From: Lama guanicoe
Lineage: Eukaryota
DNA length: 26,151 bases
Direction of reading: 5' to 3'
NCBI GenBank assembly: GCA_013239625.1
Contig: MU053873.1
Location: 3,610,524-3,636,674 of the forward strand
Positions within the stretch are counted from its first letter, which is position 1, and every line of letters begins with the position of its first letter. Shown here piece by piece: positions 11,600-22,191 of this stretch. Under the pieces are notes generated by a model. The model made no database searches and was not told where the DNA came from. It saw only the letters and a list, made by a program, of their open reading frames with translations. The position numbers and the translations under genes are program-made.

Positions 11600-11780
11600 G
11601 TCATACTAGGAGCATAAAGCGCTGACTACGTGCTGAGTGCCCGGCAGGGGCACCTGATGAGCATCTCCTGTCACTCTATTGACAACTCTATTCGCGGACG
11701 ACATCATCTGCTTCATTTGGTGGCTGAAGAAAAATGCTTTATAGGTGTGGAAAGATTTGCCCAGAATGACCCCAGGAATC
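11600..11780 (-). mobile_element. Diverged MIR SINE
   Basis: GTGCCCGGCA...GACAACTCTAT...TTCATTTGGTGGCTGAAGAAAA...GATTTGCCCAGAATGACCCAG. Confidence 0.55.
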
Positions 11781-11926
11781 AAAGGTTACTTCGCCCGAAA
11801 GTGAGGAAATTCTGAAACCCTACTACTAATGTTTTCCCTTCGCTCAGAGTCTGTTGGTTGAGGCCACGTGGTTACCCAGGGCCTGGCAGGGACCTCAACT
11901 CACATCTCATGACTCTTACCATCCAC

Positions 11927-11987
11927 GCCAGTGGTTCTCAATCACGGACGACTTTGCCAGTGGTTCTCAATCGCGGACGACTTTGCC
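11927..11987. repeat. 29-bp tandem duplication (2.1 copies, 1 mismatch)
   Basis: GCCAGTGGTTCTCAATCACGGACGACTTT (11927-11955) and GCCAGTGGTTCTCAATCGCGGACGACTTT (11956-11984). Confidence 0.97.
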
Positions 11988-12141
11988 CCCAAGGGACAAA
12001 TGGCAAATTTGGAAATACTAGGTAGAGGCCAGGATGCTGCCTGACAACCTAAGAGGCACAGGACAGCCCCCTGCCCCACCCCCCCCAGCACAGAACAGCC
12101 CACCCCCAAATTGTCAGGGTCACTGTGGTGTGAAGCCCTGG
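11929..12141 (+). mobile_element. MER20 (hAT-Charlie) with duplicated left end and internal deletion
   Basis: CAGTGGTTCTCAA...TTTGCCCCCAAGGGACAAATGGCAA...GGTAGAGGCCAGGATGCTGC...GCACAGGACAGCCCC...GAAGCCCTG. Confidence 0.85.
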
Positions 12142-12199
12142 TCTTCACCATGGGGCCTCTCAGCAAAGCACACCGGCCCCAGGTCCACTGATGGACAAG

Positions 12200-12410
12200 A
12201 AGTGAGGTGTCGGCAGACCTGGGCTGGAATCCAGGCTGCGAGAGAGGTGACTAGGAGCAAGTCACGTCCTCCCTGGGACCTTGGTTTTCTCCTTTGTGAA
12301 TCAGGGATACCAAAAATAATATCGACCCCTTGGGGTTTCTGCAAGGATGTGATCCAACGGTCTGCTTTGCTCAGAGGCCGGCCCGTGGTGAGTACTGGTC
12401 ACGTGTCACC
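12200..12410 (+). mobile_element. MIR SINE
   Basis: GGCAGACCTGGGCTGGAATCCAGGCT...GAGCAAGTCAC...TTTTCTCCTTTGTGAATCAGGGAT. Confidence 0.75.
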
Positions 12411-12619
12411 CTTAACGCCTTCATCCTGCCCCCACCACCCCCACCCACTGAAATAGGACAACGTAGCCTCTGCCTTGGTGTGACTCTCAAGCTTTTTCCC
12501 TCTGACGCCGTTACGCAGAAGTCGCGTTTTCCCAGATTCAAACAGCCTGGAGAGACAGCAGTTGTACAGAGTCGTTGGGCCCGCAGCTGACTTTTGTGTG
12601 AAGCAAGAAATAAACATTT

Positions 12620-12962
12620 TGGGGGTGGAAGTTGGGGGTCTGGGATGGATGGAGGGGGTGAAAAAGGTACCAACGTCCAGTTATAAGATAAATAAGTCCT
12701 GGGGCGGGGTGCAAGGTTCAGCACGGTGACTATGGTTAATGACACTGTGTTGTGTATTTGAAAGCTGCTCAGAGAGTAGATCTTAAAAGTTCTCATCACA
12801 AGGGAAAAAAAAAATGGGCAACTCTGCGGTGACGGATGTAAACTAAACTGATTGTGGTGATCATTTTGCAGTTTATATGGGTGTCAAATCACTACGTTGT
12901 ACACTTGAAACTATTACAAATGTGATATATAATTACTTATCAGTAAAACTGGGGAAAAATAC
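12620..12962 (+). mobile_element. L1MA9-like LINE-1 3' UTR
   Basis: CCAGTTATAAGATAAATAAGTCCTGGGG...GGTGACTATGGTTAAT...GAGAGTAGATCTTAAAAGTTCTCATCACAAG...TTGTGGTGATCATTTTGCA...GTTGTACAC. Confidence 0.9.
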
Positions 12963-12999
12963 TTCCAAAAAGTCCAGATTGAAAAAAAAAGAACACTTA

Positions 13000-13145
13000 T
13001 AATGATGCATTTTCTGGGTTCTGGGCACTGTGCTAAGTAAGTACTTCAGAGGGAAACTGACTCTAATGGGACGAAAATCTCCTGTCCAAGGTCCCATAGC
13101 TAGTTAGTGGCAAGGCTGGGATTCAAACTCAAATCTGCCTAAAGG
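13000..13145 (-). mobile_element. MIR SINE fragment
   Basis: GGGCACTGTGCTAAGT...CCAAGGTCCCATAGCTAGTTAGTGGCAAGGCTGGGATTCAAACTC. Confidence 0.75.
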
Positions 13146-13799
13146 GAGAAGCAAGCTCTTCACTGGTGTGACCTAACATACCTGCAGCCTTCCCAACCCC
13201 ATTTTTTCCCCCTCAATCAAGAAAGGACAGCCAAGGATGACACCAAGCCTATGTCGAAAAAAACAAAAGTGAAATTGCTCACAAACGTCGCAGTTTTTTA
13301 ACTCTTGGTGATCATTCCTGTTTAGGATCTGCCTTTCAATGGAGCAGGGCAATTGGGGAGGGATCCTCTGGCCTTGAACTTGATGTAGGAGAAAGGCCGC
13401 TCTTGGATGCTGGGCTCTCAGATCCACGTGGAGAGTTCGCTGCTGTTAATGGCCCAACATTTACAATGAATGTTTGATGAGGTAAACGGAGTGATGAGCA
13501 TTTAGGATCCAGGAATTGGATTCCCTCCCATGGTGGGGGCTTCATGCCAACTCCTGAAAAGGGTGCATGGCTCAAAAGCTCCCAGGACCCTGAACCCAGG
13601 CTGGCCGAGCAGCCTCCCTTACAAGCAAGAACCCCCAAGATGAGAAAAGCATTTGTGAGGAACACCAAGGGCTACCACATCACGGATCTCAAGAGGGTCC
13701 CTTGAGTTCTTCCCACCTTGATTTACCCCCCTGTGAGATGAGGGATGAAGTAATACTCCCTGGCCACCCTCGGACTGTCTGTTTGAATGAGAAGAAATG

Positions 13800-14295
13800 T
13801 GTATTGGTTATCAGGGCTGTGTAACGAATAGGCCCAAACCCTAGTGTCCTGAAACAAAAAGCATCTGTCGTCACTCCTGGTTTCTGGGAGTCATGGAACC
13901 AGCAGGGACTTTGCTGAGTGGTTCAGGCTCATTGTGTCTTGTGGGGCGGAAATCAAGCTCTCAGCTGGAGGTGACATCTCCTCTGCAGGTTGGAGGGCAC
14001 ACTGCCAAGCTCACTCTCATGATTGGTGGTGGGTTTCAGTTCCTTGCCATGTGGGCCTCTCTACAGGGCTGCTCGAGTGTCCTCAAGACCCTGTGGTGGC
14101 TTCCCCCACAGTGAATGCCGGAGAGAGAGCGAATGGGTAACCAGGAGGGCAGCCAGGGTATCTTCTGATCTCAGCTGTGACACCATCACTCCGGCTGCAT
14201 CCTACTGGTCACAAAGCCCAGCCTGGTATGGGGTGGGAGGGGGCTGTGTGTGAACACGAAGGGGGAGACTCACTGGGGGCCAAACTGGCTGTCTG
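13800..14295 (-). mobile_element. MLT1 (F/G/H-type) solo LTR
   Basis: Starts with the reverse of the LTR 3' end (TGTATTGGTTATC...GCTGTGTAACGAAT...CCCAAACCCTAGTG); internal CCATGTGGGCCTCTCTACAGGGCTGCTCGAGTGTCCTCA. Confidence 0.85.
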
Positions 14296-14349
14296 AATGT
14301 GCCTTGCCAACTATTTAAACACTAAACAAATAACCATGATGATGATGAG

Positions 14350-14590
14350 GAGGAGGACGGAAAACACTCACTGAGACCCCACCATGGACACATGCTGTGC
14401 TAGGTGTTCCCTGTGCGTGACCTCCAAATACTATCCTCCGGAGCTGGGGACTGAGCTAGCATTATGGGCCCCGCTTTACACGGGGGAAACAGAGGCACAA
14501 AGAGACCAAGCAGCCTACCCAGAGTCCCACGGCAAGGGAGAGGCAGAACCGGGATTCCAACCCACAGCTCTGGGGCTCCACAACTCACTC
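14350..14590 (-). mobile_element. MIR SINE
   Basis: CCCGCTTTACACGGGGGAAACAGAGGCACAAAGAG...GGCAGAACCGGGATTCCAACCCA. Confidence 0.78.
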
Positions 14591-14600
14591 CCTTCAACAA

Positions 14601-15392
14601 CAGTGGCGTAGACACAACTGTAAAACTTTCAGGAGTCAGTTCTGAGCCAGTTGCTAAACACAGCCATTACTAAAAATTAAATGATACACACTTACGATGA
14701 AATGGATCCTATTAAAAGCAAAAGTAGGGAAGGGCCGAACCTTACCACTTCCTAATGACTACATTTGACTAGTACCTATGGTCTTGAGGTCATTGATGTC
14801 TACTGAATCTCGTAGTGAAAACACTAAGCCCCAGTCTGCCCCCCTTATCTGCAGGTTCACTTTCCCTGGTTTCAGTTACCCGCGGTCAACCTCAGTCCAA
14901 AAATATTACATGGAAAGTTCCAGAAATAAACAGTCCGCCTTTCTGAGTGGCGTGATGAAATCTCACACCGTCCCTCTCGGATTCCCAACCGTTGACATCA
15001 TCTGCCCTCGACATCCAACCATCGACACGGTCACGGCTCCAGGGTCCGGGACCACCCAGAGCTCAAGTGGTCCTCCCCCTGACCTGTCATCATCAGAAGG
15101 TCCCTGATAGCCTAACGCTGCGTCACCACGCCTACGCCACCCTCCTCGCTTCATCTCATCACGCGGGCATTTTGTCACCTTGCGTCATCCGACGATGAGG
15201 AGGGGGGAGTGCTGTGTGACAATGACGTGCTGCGCATCTTTCCCCGGCTCTGTGTGCACCAGCAGCTAGTTAGTAGCTTGCAGTCGGCCCTGGTGGGCGT
15301 ATTTACTCCACGGGAATAGACAAATCTACATAAAATAGGGGTTTCTCTCCCAAAGCCTCGGTTAATGTTAAACATTTACCAGCGGGCCACTG
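14601..15392 (+). mobile_element. MER63 (hAT-Blackjack, MER63B-like), split by a nested insertion; halves about 14601-14826 and 15221-15392
   Basis: Termini CAGTGG...CCACTG; left half GAGCCAGTTGCTAAACACAGCCATTACTAAAAATTAAAT; right half GGTGGGCGTATTTACTCCACGGGAAT...TGTTAAACATTTACCAGC. Confidence 0.85.
14832..15222 (+). mobile_element. MER44/Tigger7 (TcMar-Tigger) element lacking its right end
   Basis: CAGTCTGCCCCCTTATCTGCAGG...TTTCAGTTACCCGCGGTCAACC...GGAAAGTTCCAGAAATAAACA; later TCAGAAGGTC...TAGCCTAACGCTGCGTCAC. Confidence 0.85.
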
Positions 15393-16609
15393 TAACTAAC
15401 CCAACACCAACACAGTGTTCCCTCTGGTAAGGAATGACCTCGGTGACTTGTTGCCAGGGACCCCATTCTTTGCGAAATCCAAAAATACAACGTTCCCTGT
15501 GATATGCACCGATCCAGATTTCCTTCCTGAAATTTCTGACTTCCTGACGAGGAAAGCAAGAGGCATTTTGTCAGAGCGAAATAGCTGAGATTTGAAAACG
15601 ATGAAAAGAGGGAGGGAAAGTGAGAGTCATTGGGGGGTCCTCGGGTCACAGAGACGAAAAGGAGCTTGTTTAAACCCCAGGGACCACTCAGGAATCCAGA
15701 CAAGGAAGTGCACGCCCAGCGCCGCCCGGGCAGTGTCCTTCCCGATCACCCCAAATGGGGAGCACCCCGAAAGGCCAGGCAGAGGCGAGTAACGAGGGAG
15801 CACATGTGTGCACGACCGATGGTCACGTGGGCATTAACATTGGTCTTTACTAACGACAGACAAAACCCGCACGTCTTTTAAAGAACAGAAAGAGACGGAA
15901 GCTGGGAGATTTTGCTTTTGATGGAGGGAAAAAGACAGGAAGGAAATGTACTCAAATGCTAAGAGTGGTTTTCTTGGATGTTAGAATCACAGGTGGATTT
16001 TTTTGTTGCTGTTCAGGTTCTCTGCACTCCCCACACATGAAGCGAGTGCACCCCACTGTTTTAGTTGGAGGGCAGGGAGGGGTGGGGAGCTCAACATAAT
16101 TTCACACGAGCGGAGCCCTGTGGAGCAGCCAAGCCTTTGTTCCGCCCTGCACGCCACTCCAGGTCCCTCCCAGAGGCACCGACTCTGGGCCCAGCCTTTG
16201 GTCCCGGCTGGACCCATGAATGGGCCATTGTTCTGTGCGTGACATCATTCTGCTGCCTGCAGGATGAAGGGGAGACCTGGAATGGGGTGCGGCCAGCCCA
16301 AAATAAGGTGGCCCATTCTGCCTGCCTGTCCCCACCGTAGCAGAGGTGCAGTCACTGCACACTGGACTCTGGGGCTGCAATGAAGAACAGCGCCCCAGCT
16401 CCACACCCAAGGGGCGGCCTGAGGCCAGGGTACCTGGCAGGGCTCTGGACGAGCAGTGGCGGGCAGCATCGGCACAGATGGCTGGGGTCACTGCAGCTGG
16501 ACCCATTCCCCTGAAGCCCCTAGGTCTCCAGGGGAAACATGACAACCTGTGCCTGGCACATAGTAGGTGCTCAAGAACTGGTAGTGGTGGTTGTTATTCT
16601 GCTCTTGAT

Positions 16610-17100
16610 ATCCCTCCCCTGCTCAAAACCCTATGGTACTAAAATCTGACATCCTTACCAGAGCTCCCAGGCTCTACACAAGCTGGCCCCTACCCACTCA
16701 TCTTCTGTCCTCTCCCATCTACTAGCTTTGCAACAGCCACCCTGGTCTCCCTGCTGTTCCTCAAACACACCAGGCACAGTCCTGCCTCAGGGCCTTTGCA
16801 CGTGCTTTCTCCCACTGCCAAGATGGTCTTCCCCCAAACCTTCTTAAGGCCCATCCCTTTCATTCAGGTCTCTCCTAAAATGTCACCTCCTAAGACTTCC
16901 CAGACCTCCCTTCCCACCAAGTCCCCAGACCCTGTGACATATGTCTTCAGAGCCCTTACAAATATCTGTTCATTCATTAGTTGACTTATCTGTTTACTGT
17001 GTCTCCCTGTTCCTGTGAGCCCTGGGAGGGCGGAGACCCCGTCTGTCTCATCCTCCACCTGGCACAGAAAAGGTATTAGATAAAAAAATTCCTAACAAAT
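16610..17100 (+). mobile_element. L2 (L2a-like) 3' region
   Basis: CTGCTCAAAACCCT...CTGTTCCTCAAACACACCAGGCAC...CCTGCCTCAGGGCCTTTGCAC...AATGTCACCTCCT...CCTGGCACAG. Confidence 0.85.
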
Positions 17101-17169
17101 CAATCTATAGTTTTTATCACCATTATATCTCAGAGTTTTCCATCAGACCCACTATAAGGAAAGAATTCC

Positions 17170-17335
17170 CCAACTGCCCTGGGCTGGAATCTTGGTGTCA
17201 AGTCCTAGAAGGTGTGTACCAGGACCAAATCACTGATGCTCTCTGGGCCTTGGTGGACCCGTCTGTGATATGGAGATGGTGCCACAAGGTGGACACAGAG
17301 GAGAGTGGGTTTCAGGAAGGCGCACAGGATGGCAC
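17170..17335 (+). mobile_element. Diverged MIR fragment
   Basis: TGTGTACCAGGACCAAATCACTGATGCTCTCTGGGCCTTGG...CGTCTGTGATATGGAGAT. Confidence 0.55.
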
Positions 17336-17344
17336 GAGCTGGCA

Positions 17345-17885
17345 GGTGTGGTGGACGCTCCTCTAGGTCCTGGCGATACTGAGGTGACCAGTTGACCAGA
17401 ACCGCGGCCCTTGCAGACCTTACATTCTAGCAGAGGAGACAGAATAAACAAGTGAAATGAAGCCAAGTGCAGACTGGGATAAGTACCAGGAGGACATTAA
17501 CAGGGAACAGGGTGGAGAGAAACATGGCACGGCAGGGATTCGTCCCAGCCCTGGCTGTCAAGAACCCTCTCTGCGGACGTGAAGGGAGAGGGAACAGCAT
17601 TCCAGGCAGAGGGAACTGTGAGGGCAAAGTCTCTGGGTCTGGAAGGAGCGTGTGGTGACTGAAGAAGAGCAGGAGGTCAAAGTGGCAGGAGTGAGATGAG
17701 CATGGAGGACGGCAGTAAGAGTCAAGGCAAGAGGGAGGCAGGGCGAGGTCCCACAGGGCCTTGCAGGCCACAGGAAGAAGCTCGGGCTTCCTAGGTCTGA
17801 GTGAGGCAGGGGGACAACTTCCCCCTAGGGGGCTGGGGGAAAGATGCCCTGGAGGGGAAGAGGCCAGAGTAGAAGCAGTGAGGAG
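17345..17885 (-). mobile_element. L2 (L2a-like) fragment
   Basis: CTTACATTCTAGCAGAGGAGACAG...AACAGCATTCCAGGCAGAGGGAACTG...CAGGGCCTTGCAGGCCA. Confidence 0.82.
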
Positions 17886-18309
17886 GGCAGTGTGCTGAAT
17901 GGTGGCCTCCAAAGAGTTACGTCCACATCCTAACCGCTGGCACCTGTGAATGTGACTTTACTTGGGAAGAAGGTCTTTGCAGATGTTAACTAATTCAGTT
18001 AAGGTTCTCCAGATGAGACCATGCTGGATGATCCGGAGGGCCCTAAATCCAATGACAAGTGTCCTCATAAGAGACAGAGGAGACAGCCGTGTGAGGCCAG
18101 TGGCAGGGACTGCACGTATGAGACCACGAGCCCAGGAACACAGGAGCCCTCGGCGGCGGGAAGAGGCAGGAAGGACCCGCCCTGAGAACCCCAGAAGGGC
18201 ACATGGCCTGACAACACCTCCATTGGGGACGTCTGGTCTCCACATTTCGGTTGTCCTCAGCCACCATGCGTGTGGTCGTTTATTATGGCAGTCTAAAGAA
18301 ATGGACACG
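17885..18309 (+). mobile_element. MLT1B/C-type solo LTR, essentially full length, candidate TSD GAGGA
   Basis: ACCTGTGAATGTGACTTTACTTGG...GTCTTTGCAGATGT...GGGCCCTAAATCCAATGACAAGTGTCCTCATAAGAG...GCCACCATGCGTGTGGTCGTTTATTATGGCAG; GAGGA at 17880-17884 and 18310-18314. Confidence 0.9.
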
Positions 18310-18564
18310 GAGGAGGCATTGACTGAAATGGGGGCTTCTGAAGATGAGAGTCACAAACATCTCTTTCCCTTCAAATTCTCTCCCACTTGCTAAAAAAGGA
18401 GGGAGGGAGAGTGTGTACGCTTGCGGAGGGGGGAGATGTTGAGCCCTGCTGAATATTTTAAGCATCCATTTCACTCCATAATTGACACAGAACCAAACAC
18501 TCCCACTGAGGATCGAAGAAGCATGGACTCCGATGCTTCGACAATGAGTCCCCAGCACCGGGTG

Positions 18565-18770
18565 CCGCCGTGGGCCCAGCGGGGCCGACACACTAGAGTG
18601 TTGGAGTCTCAGCCTCACCAATCCCAGCTGTGTGGCCCCAGGCCTGTGACTTGATCTCTCTGTGCTTCTGATTTCTCATCCGTGAAATATGGGGCTCCAC
18701 CCCACGTCTCTCAGGGGCAGGCAAATGTGTGGATTCGATGAGACAAACTCCTGGTAAGCTTGAGGGATGT
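18565..18770 (+). mobile_element. MIR SINE
   Basis: CCAGCTGTGTGGCCCCAGGC...GACTTGATCTCTCTGTGCTTCTGATTTCTCATCCGTGAAAT. Confidence 0.72.
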
Positions 18771-18859
18771 CGGGTCCCTGCCTGCCTCTCTTCCCCAACT
18801 CAGGTCCTTGGAAGAGTACCCCGGTTATGATTATAGACCCCAAACTGATTTACCTACAG

Positions 18860-19072
18860 CAGGGGTTCTCAGCTGGGGAGGGGGTGGATGTTCTGCCCTC
18901 TTCTCCCAGAGACACTTGGCAAATGTCTGGAGACATTTTTGGTTGTCATGACTTGAGGGTGCTACTGGCATCTAGTGAGGAGAGGCCAGGGATGGTCCTA
19001 CGCAGGACTGCCCCCCGGCCCCCAAAGAACGATCAGGCCCAAGATTGTCATGGGGGTGTCCGATAAACTCTG
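18860..19072 (+). mobile_element. MER20 (hAT-Charlie), near full length
   Basis: CAGGGGTTCTCAG...TTGGCAAATGTCTGGAGACATTTTTGGTTGTCATGACT...TGCTACTGGCATCTAGTG...AGAGGCCAGGGATG. Confidence 0.92.
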
Positions 19073-19149
19073 ACATATGGCACGAGTTTGGTGTTACAGA
19101 CAAGCCCTTGATCTTTTAAGACAGCTCCCTCGTTTTCAGAACATACATG

Positions 19150-19315
19150 ACATACTTATGTGCTGACGTGGGGTTTTATTATTTACTCTCTTGAAGGCAA
19201 CTCTATAGAGGCCAGAGTTGTGTCTGGTTTACTCACAGCTCTTTCCCCAGCGCCAGCCCCTGGTGGGTGCTTGATAAATACTGGTGGAATGAAAATGTGG
19301 GCGGATGAATGAAGA
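19150..19315 (+). mobile_element. L2 3' end fragment
   Basis: TGTGTCTGGTTTACTCACAGCT...CCCCAGCGCC...GGGTGCTTGATAAATACTGGTGGAATGAA. Confidence 0.7.
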
Positions 19316-19489
19316 CACACAAAGAAGGGACACCTCACACCTAACGTTTAGGGCCTGGCACACAGTAAATGCCCACGAAAGGTCAGGTAGCTTCTTATCT
19401 CCTTTGCGAGTGGCACCAGTGTGGCCACCTGCAGGTGGGACTCATATCTACAGCACCTGCATCCGGTCCCCCCTTGAAAGTGGTAAGAA

Positions 19490-19740
19490 ACGCACACTTT
19501 CTGAGCCCTTCCTGGATGCCGGGTGCTTAACAGGTGCCAGGGCCGGGCTGGTTTCTTACTCATTCTGTCCCACTGGACCCCCCACCAGACAAGTCCCAGA
19601 AGAACCCCCACTTCACAGATGAGGACATTGAGGCTGAAAGAGGTGATTTAACTTGCCCAAGGTCACCGGGCCAGCATACGGGGGAGCTGAGACTTGACCC
19701 CAAGTCTGTCCAGTTCCAAAGCCCTCTTTGTGGAACAGAA
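19490..19740 (-). mobile_element. MIR SINE
   Basis: CCCCACTTCACAGATGAGGACATTGAGGCTGAAAGAGGTGATTTAACTTGCCCAAGGTCAC. Confidence 0.85.
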
Positions 19741-20379
19741 CACCGTTGGCCCTGGAGGACCCCCTCCCTTCCCACTTTTACTCCAGCCCTCGGCCTCTGT
19801 GGCACTGCCACCGTGCCTGGCTTCTGGAATTTTCTGCCTGGCCTCTGCTTGCAGCCCACCTCATCTGCTGGCCTCGTTCTCAGGCTCGCGCTGGGCTGCG
19901 GCACAGACATGCTTCTTCCTGCCTTTGTCCTCAGAGACAATGTGATTGTTTCCCCTCTCCCCACCTCTACCCCGCAGACGCCGCCAAGGCAGGCCATTAG
20001 CAAATTAGTTCAAGGCTGGCTTTAGAAAAACGTTTCGGGGCACGCCTCTGAGGGTGACTTTCTGCCTGCCATAGATTCTTCCACTCTGCTCGGAGTAAAT
20101 AGGAGCCTGAGGCAGGATTTGGAACAGAAGGCTTATTTAGATAAATCACGTACAAGTTTAAGTCCTAAAGACTGAAATCCTGGCCCCCTCCCAGCCCCAC
20201 CCAGAGATCTCGCAGGTGTCCTGAACTCTTGTCTGTGGCTTTAAAAAACTTTCTCCCGTAAAACAAATATTTAAGCAAAGTTCCCAAGTAAAAGGGGCGT
20301 GTGTGGATTTCCCAGTTCACTGGGAATCTTTGAAGGACTTGTTTGAAAGAAAAGGTTTGGTTGTCACAACAGCTAACTT

Positions 20380-20610
20380 TTAAGGCACACATACCATGGG
20401 CTAAGCACGGCCCCAGGCATCACATGTCTAAGGGCATGTCACTGCCCTTAAGTGAGACGGTACATGTAACTAGGACATGAGGATAATCCCCATTTTGCAG
20501 ATGAGGAAACTGAGGCACAGAGAGGGCAAACAGTCCACCCAAGGTCACACAGCTGAGAAGTGGCAGAACCAGGAGTCAAACCCAGGTCCTCTGCAACAGA
20601 GCAGGTGTCC
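20380..20610 (-). mobile_element. MIR SINE
   Basis: ATCCCCATTTTGCAGATGAGGAAACTGAGGCACAGAGAGG...CCCAAGGTCACACAGCT. Confidence 0.9.
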
Positions 20611-20679
20611 CCATCCCAACTCTGCCCCCATTCTGCTCAGTCAAAACATCGTGGTACCCAACAGACAGAAAGCATCTGT

Positions 20680-20840
20680 GAGCACACACCTACATTGTGC
20701 CAGGCATCGGGGTGGGTGCCCGTTTCAATCACCTGATAAGTTCTCCCCATTTGACAGAAGAGGAAACTGAGGCTTGAGAATGGGTCAAGGTCCCTCTGCC
20801 AAGACATGGCCAAGTCTGATTCAAGCCTTCAACTCCAATG
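20680..20840 (-). mobile_element. MIR SINE fragment
   Basis: TGTGCCAGGCA...CCCCATTTGACAGAAGAGGAAACTGAGGCTT. Confidence 0.75.
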
Positions 20841-21349
20841 CCAACTGGTAGGGGCCAAATACTAAATGGGAAGGGACCAGATTTATTTAGCCCAGATTTA
20901 TCTAGCAAGTATTAACATTGTTGGAGGCACTGCATGGCAACAGTGAACACAGGAGACAAAGGCCCTGCGCCACCTAACTTCCTCCATTCATTCATTCATT
21001 CATTCAGCAAGCTGGAGAGCAGGGCAATGAGGCCTGGGGACTCAGGCTAATGCCCAGGGTCACACGGCGGGAGAACTGAACATTACCAACCTCACACCCT
21101 TAACTGAACTGCCAGGGAGGGAACAAGAGTGAAGGAGGAAAGAGACAGAGGGACACACCCATAGAGACAGAGACAGAGGGACAGAAAGAATGAACGAGAG
21201 GCTTTCCCCACCCTGGGCTAAGTCACTCCTCCCAGAGGTTGGGCTGGGGAACTGTCTCATATATTCAGGCCCCGATGATTTGTCCAGAGCCACAAAGCAG
21301 CACAGACCCAGAAGGGAAAGAGATGTCACATTAATGAGACGTGCGTGCA

Positions 21350-21510
21350 CCTGAGTGCTCTGGTTGCTGTGTGACCCTGGGACCATCACTGCACCTCTCA
21401 GCTAGCCGGTGGGGGGGGGCGGGTCTCTGCACCCTGAGGGCCGGTGTGCGCTTTCAGGGACCACGTGGGTGCAGGAGGCTGTCTCAGAGCCTGGTGCACC
21501 CCACAGCTCC
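21350..21510 (+). mobile_element. Diverged MIR fragment
   Basis: TTGCTGTGTGACCCTGGGACCATCACTGCACCTCTC. Confidence 0.55.
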
Positions 21511-21694
21511 ATCCCTAATGACCATCGGGACTCATCACAAGGCTGAATCCAGGGAAGGAGCTGGCTGAGCTCTTTACCCATCACCCACTGTCCTACGAAC
21601 TGGGTCACATAGTCAGGTGGCAGACGTCTCTTTCGTGATAATACCAGGCCCTCTCTGAGTTCATCTTGGTCAGTGGTGTGGGCTTCCCTGAAGT

Positions 21695-21850
21695 TATCAG
21701 GAAGGTCTGGAGCTTGGTTGGAAATAACCCTGAGTGGGGATCAGAGCTGCGGGTTCTGGCCCTGGCTTTGCCGCTTATTTGCTGTGCTACCCTAGGCAGG
21801 TGTCTTTCCCTCTCTGGGCTCAGCGCCACCTCTCTAAATCATCAGTAAGG
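21695..21850 (+). mobile_element. MIR SINE fragment
   Basis: CTGCGGGTTCTGGCCCTGGCTTTGCCGCTTATTTGCTGTGCTACCCTAGGCAGG...CTCTCTGGGCTCAG. Confidence 0.75.
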
Positions 21851-22181
21851 TCCTTGAGGAAAAAAACCTTTTTGCAGATTGGGTTTTTAATTATTAGATG
21901 TCTTTCCACCCTGGCCTCCCAAGCCCCATCAAGCTTGCCAGAGTGAGAGATGGTGGAGTCCCAGGACCCAGACTGAGCACCCCCATCCTGGCCCACTCAC
22001 ACCAAGCCCCAGGCTCATGGGTCAGCGGGCAAACCTGCCCACCACCTCGGGTGATCAGATGAGACCTCGCGATTTGGCTCAACGACAGGCCACGAGAGCC
22101 ACAGCCACACGTGCACATGACGTGGACCCTGGGTCATCCCAGAGGGTTGTGAGGGATGAAGCAGGTGCCAGCTAAGCCTCC

Positions 22182-22191
22182 CTAAAAATAG
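22182..22191. promoter_or_regulatory. Perfect MEF2 consensus site CTAAAAATAG in an intronic motif cluster
   Basis: Exact CTA(A/T)4TAG match, flanked by CAGGTG (22162-22167) and GGGCGG (22191-22196), about 350 bp downstream of the exon donor. Confidence 0.55.

Noticed and set aside
11927..11987. 29-bp direct repeats as a possible CRISPR-like array
   Set aside because: Only two adjacent copies, no spacers, part of a MER20 in mammalian DNA
12371..12799. 142-aa minus-strand ORF (MMRTFKIYSLSSFQI...)
   Set aside because: Antisense translation of the L1MA9-like 3' UTR
17427..18393. ORFs of 116-161 aa
   Set aside because: Largely within L2 and MLT1 sequence; typical repeat-derived spurious translations
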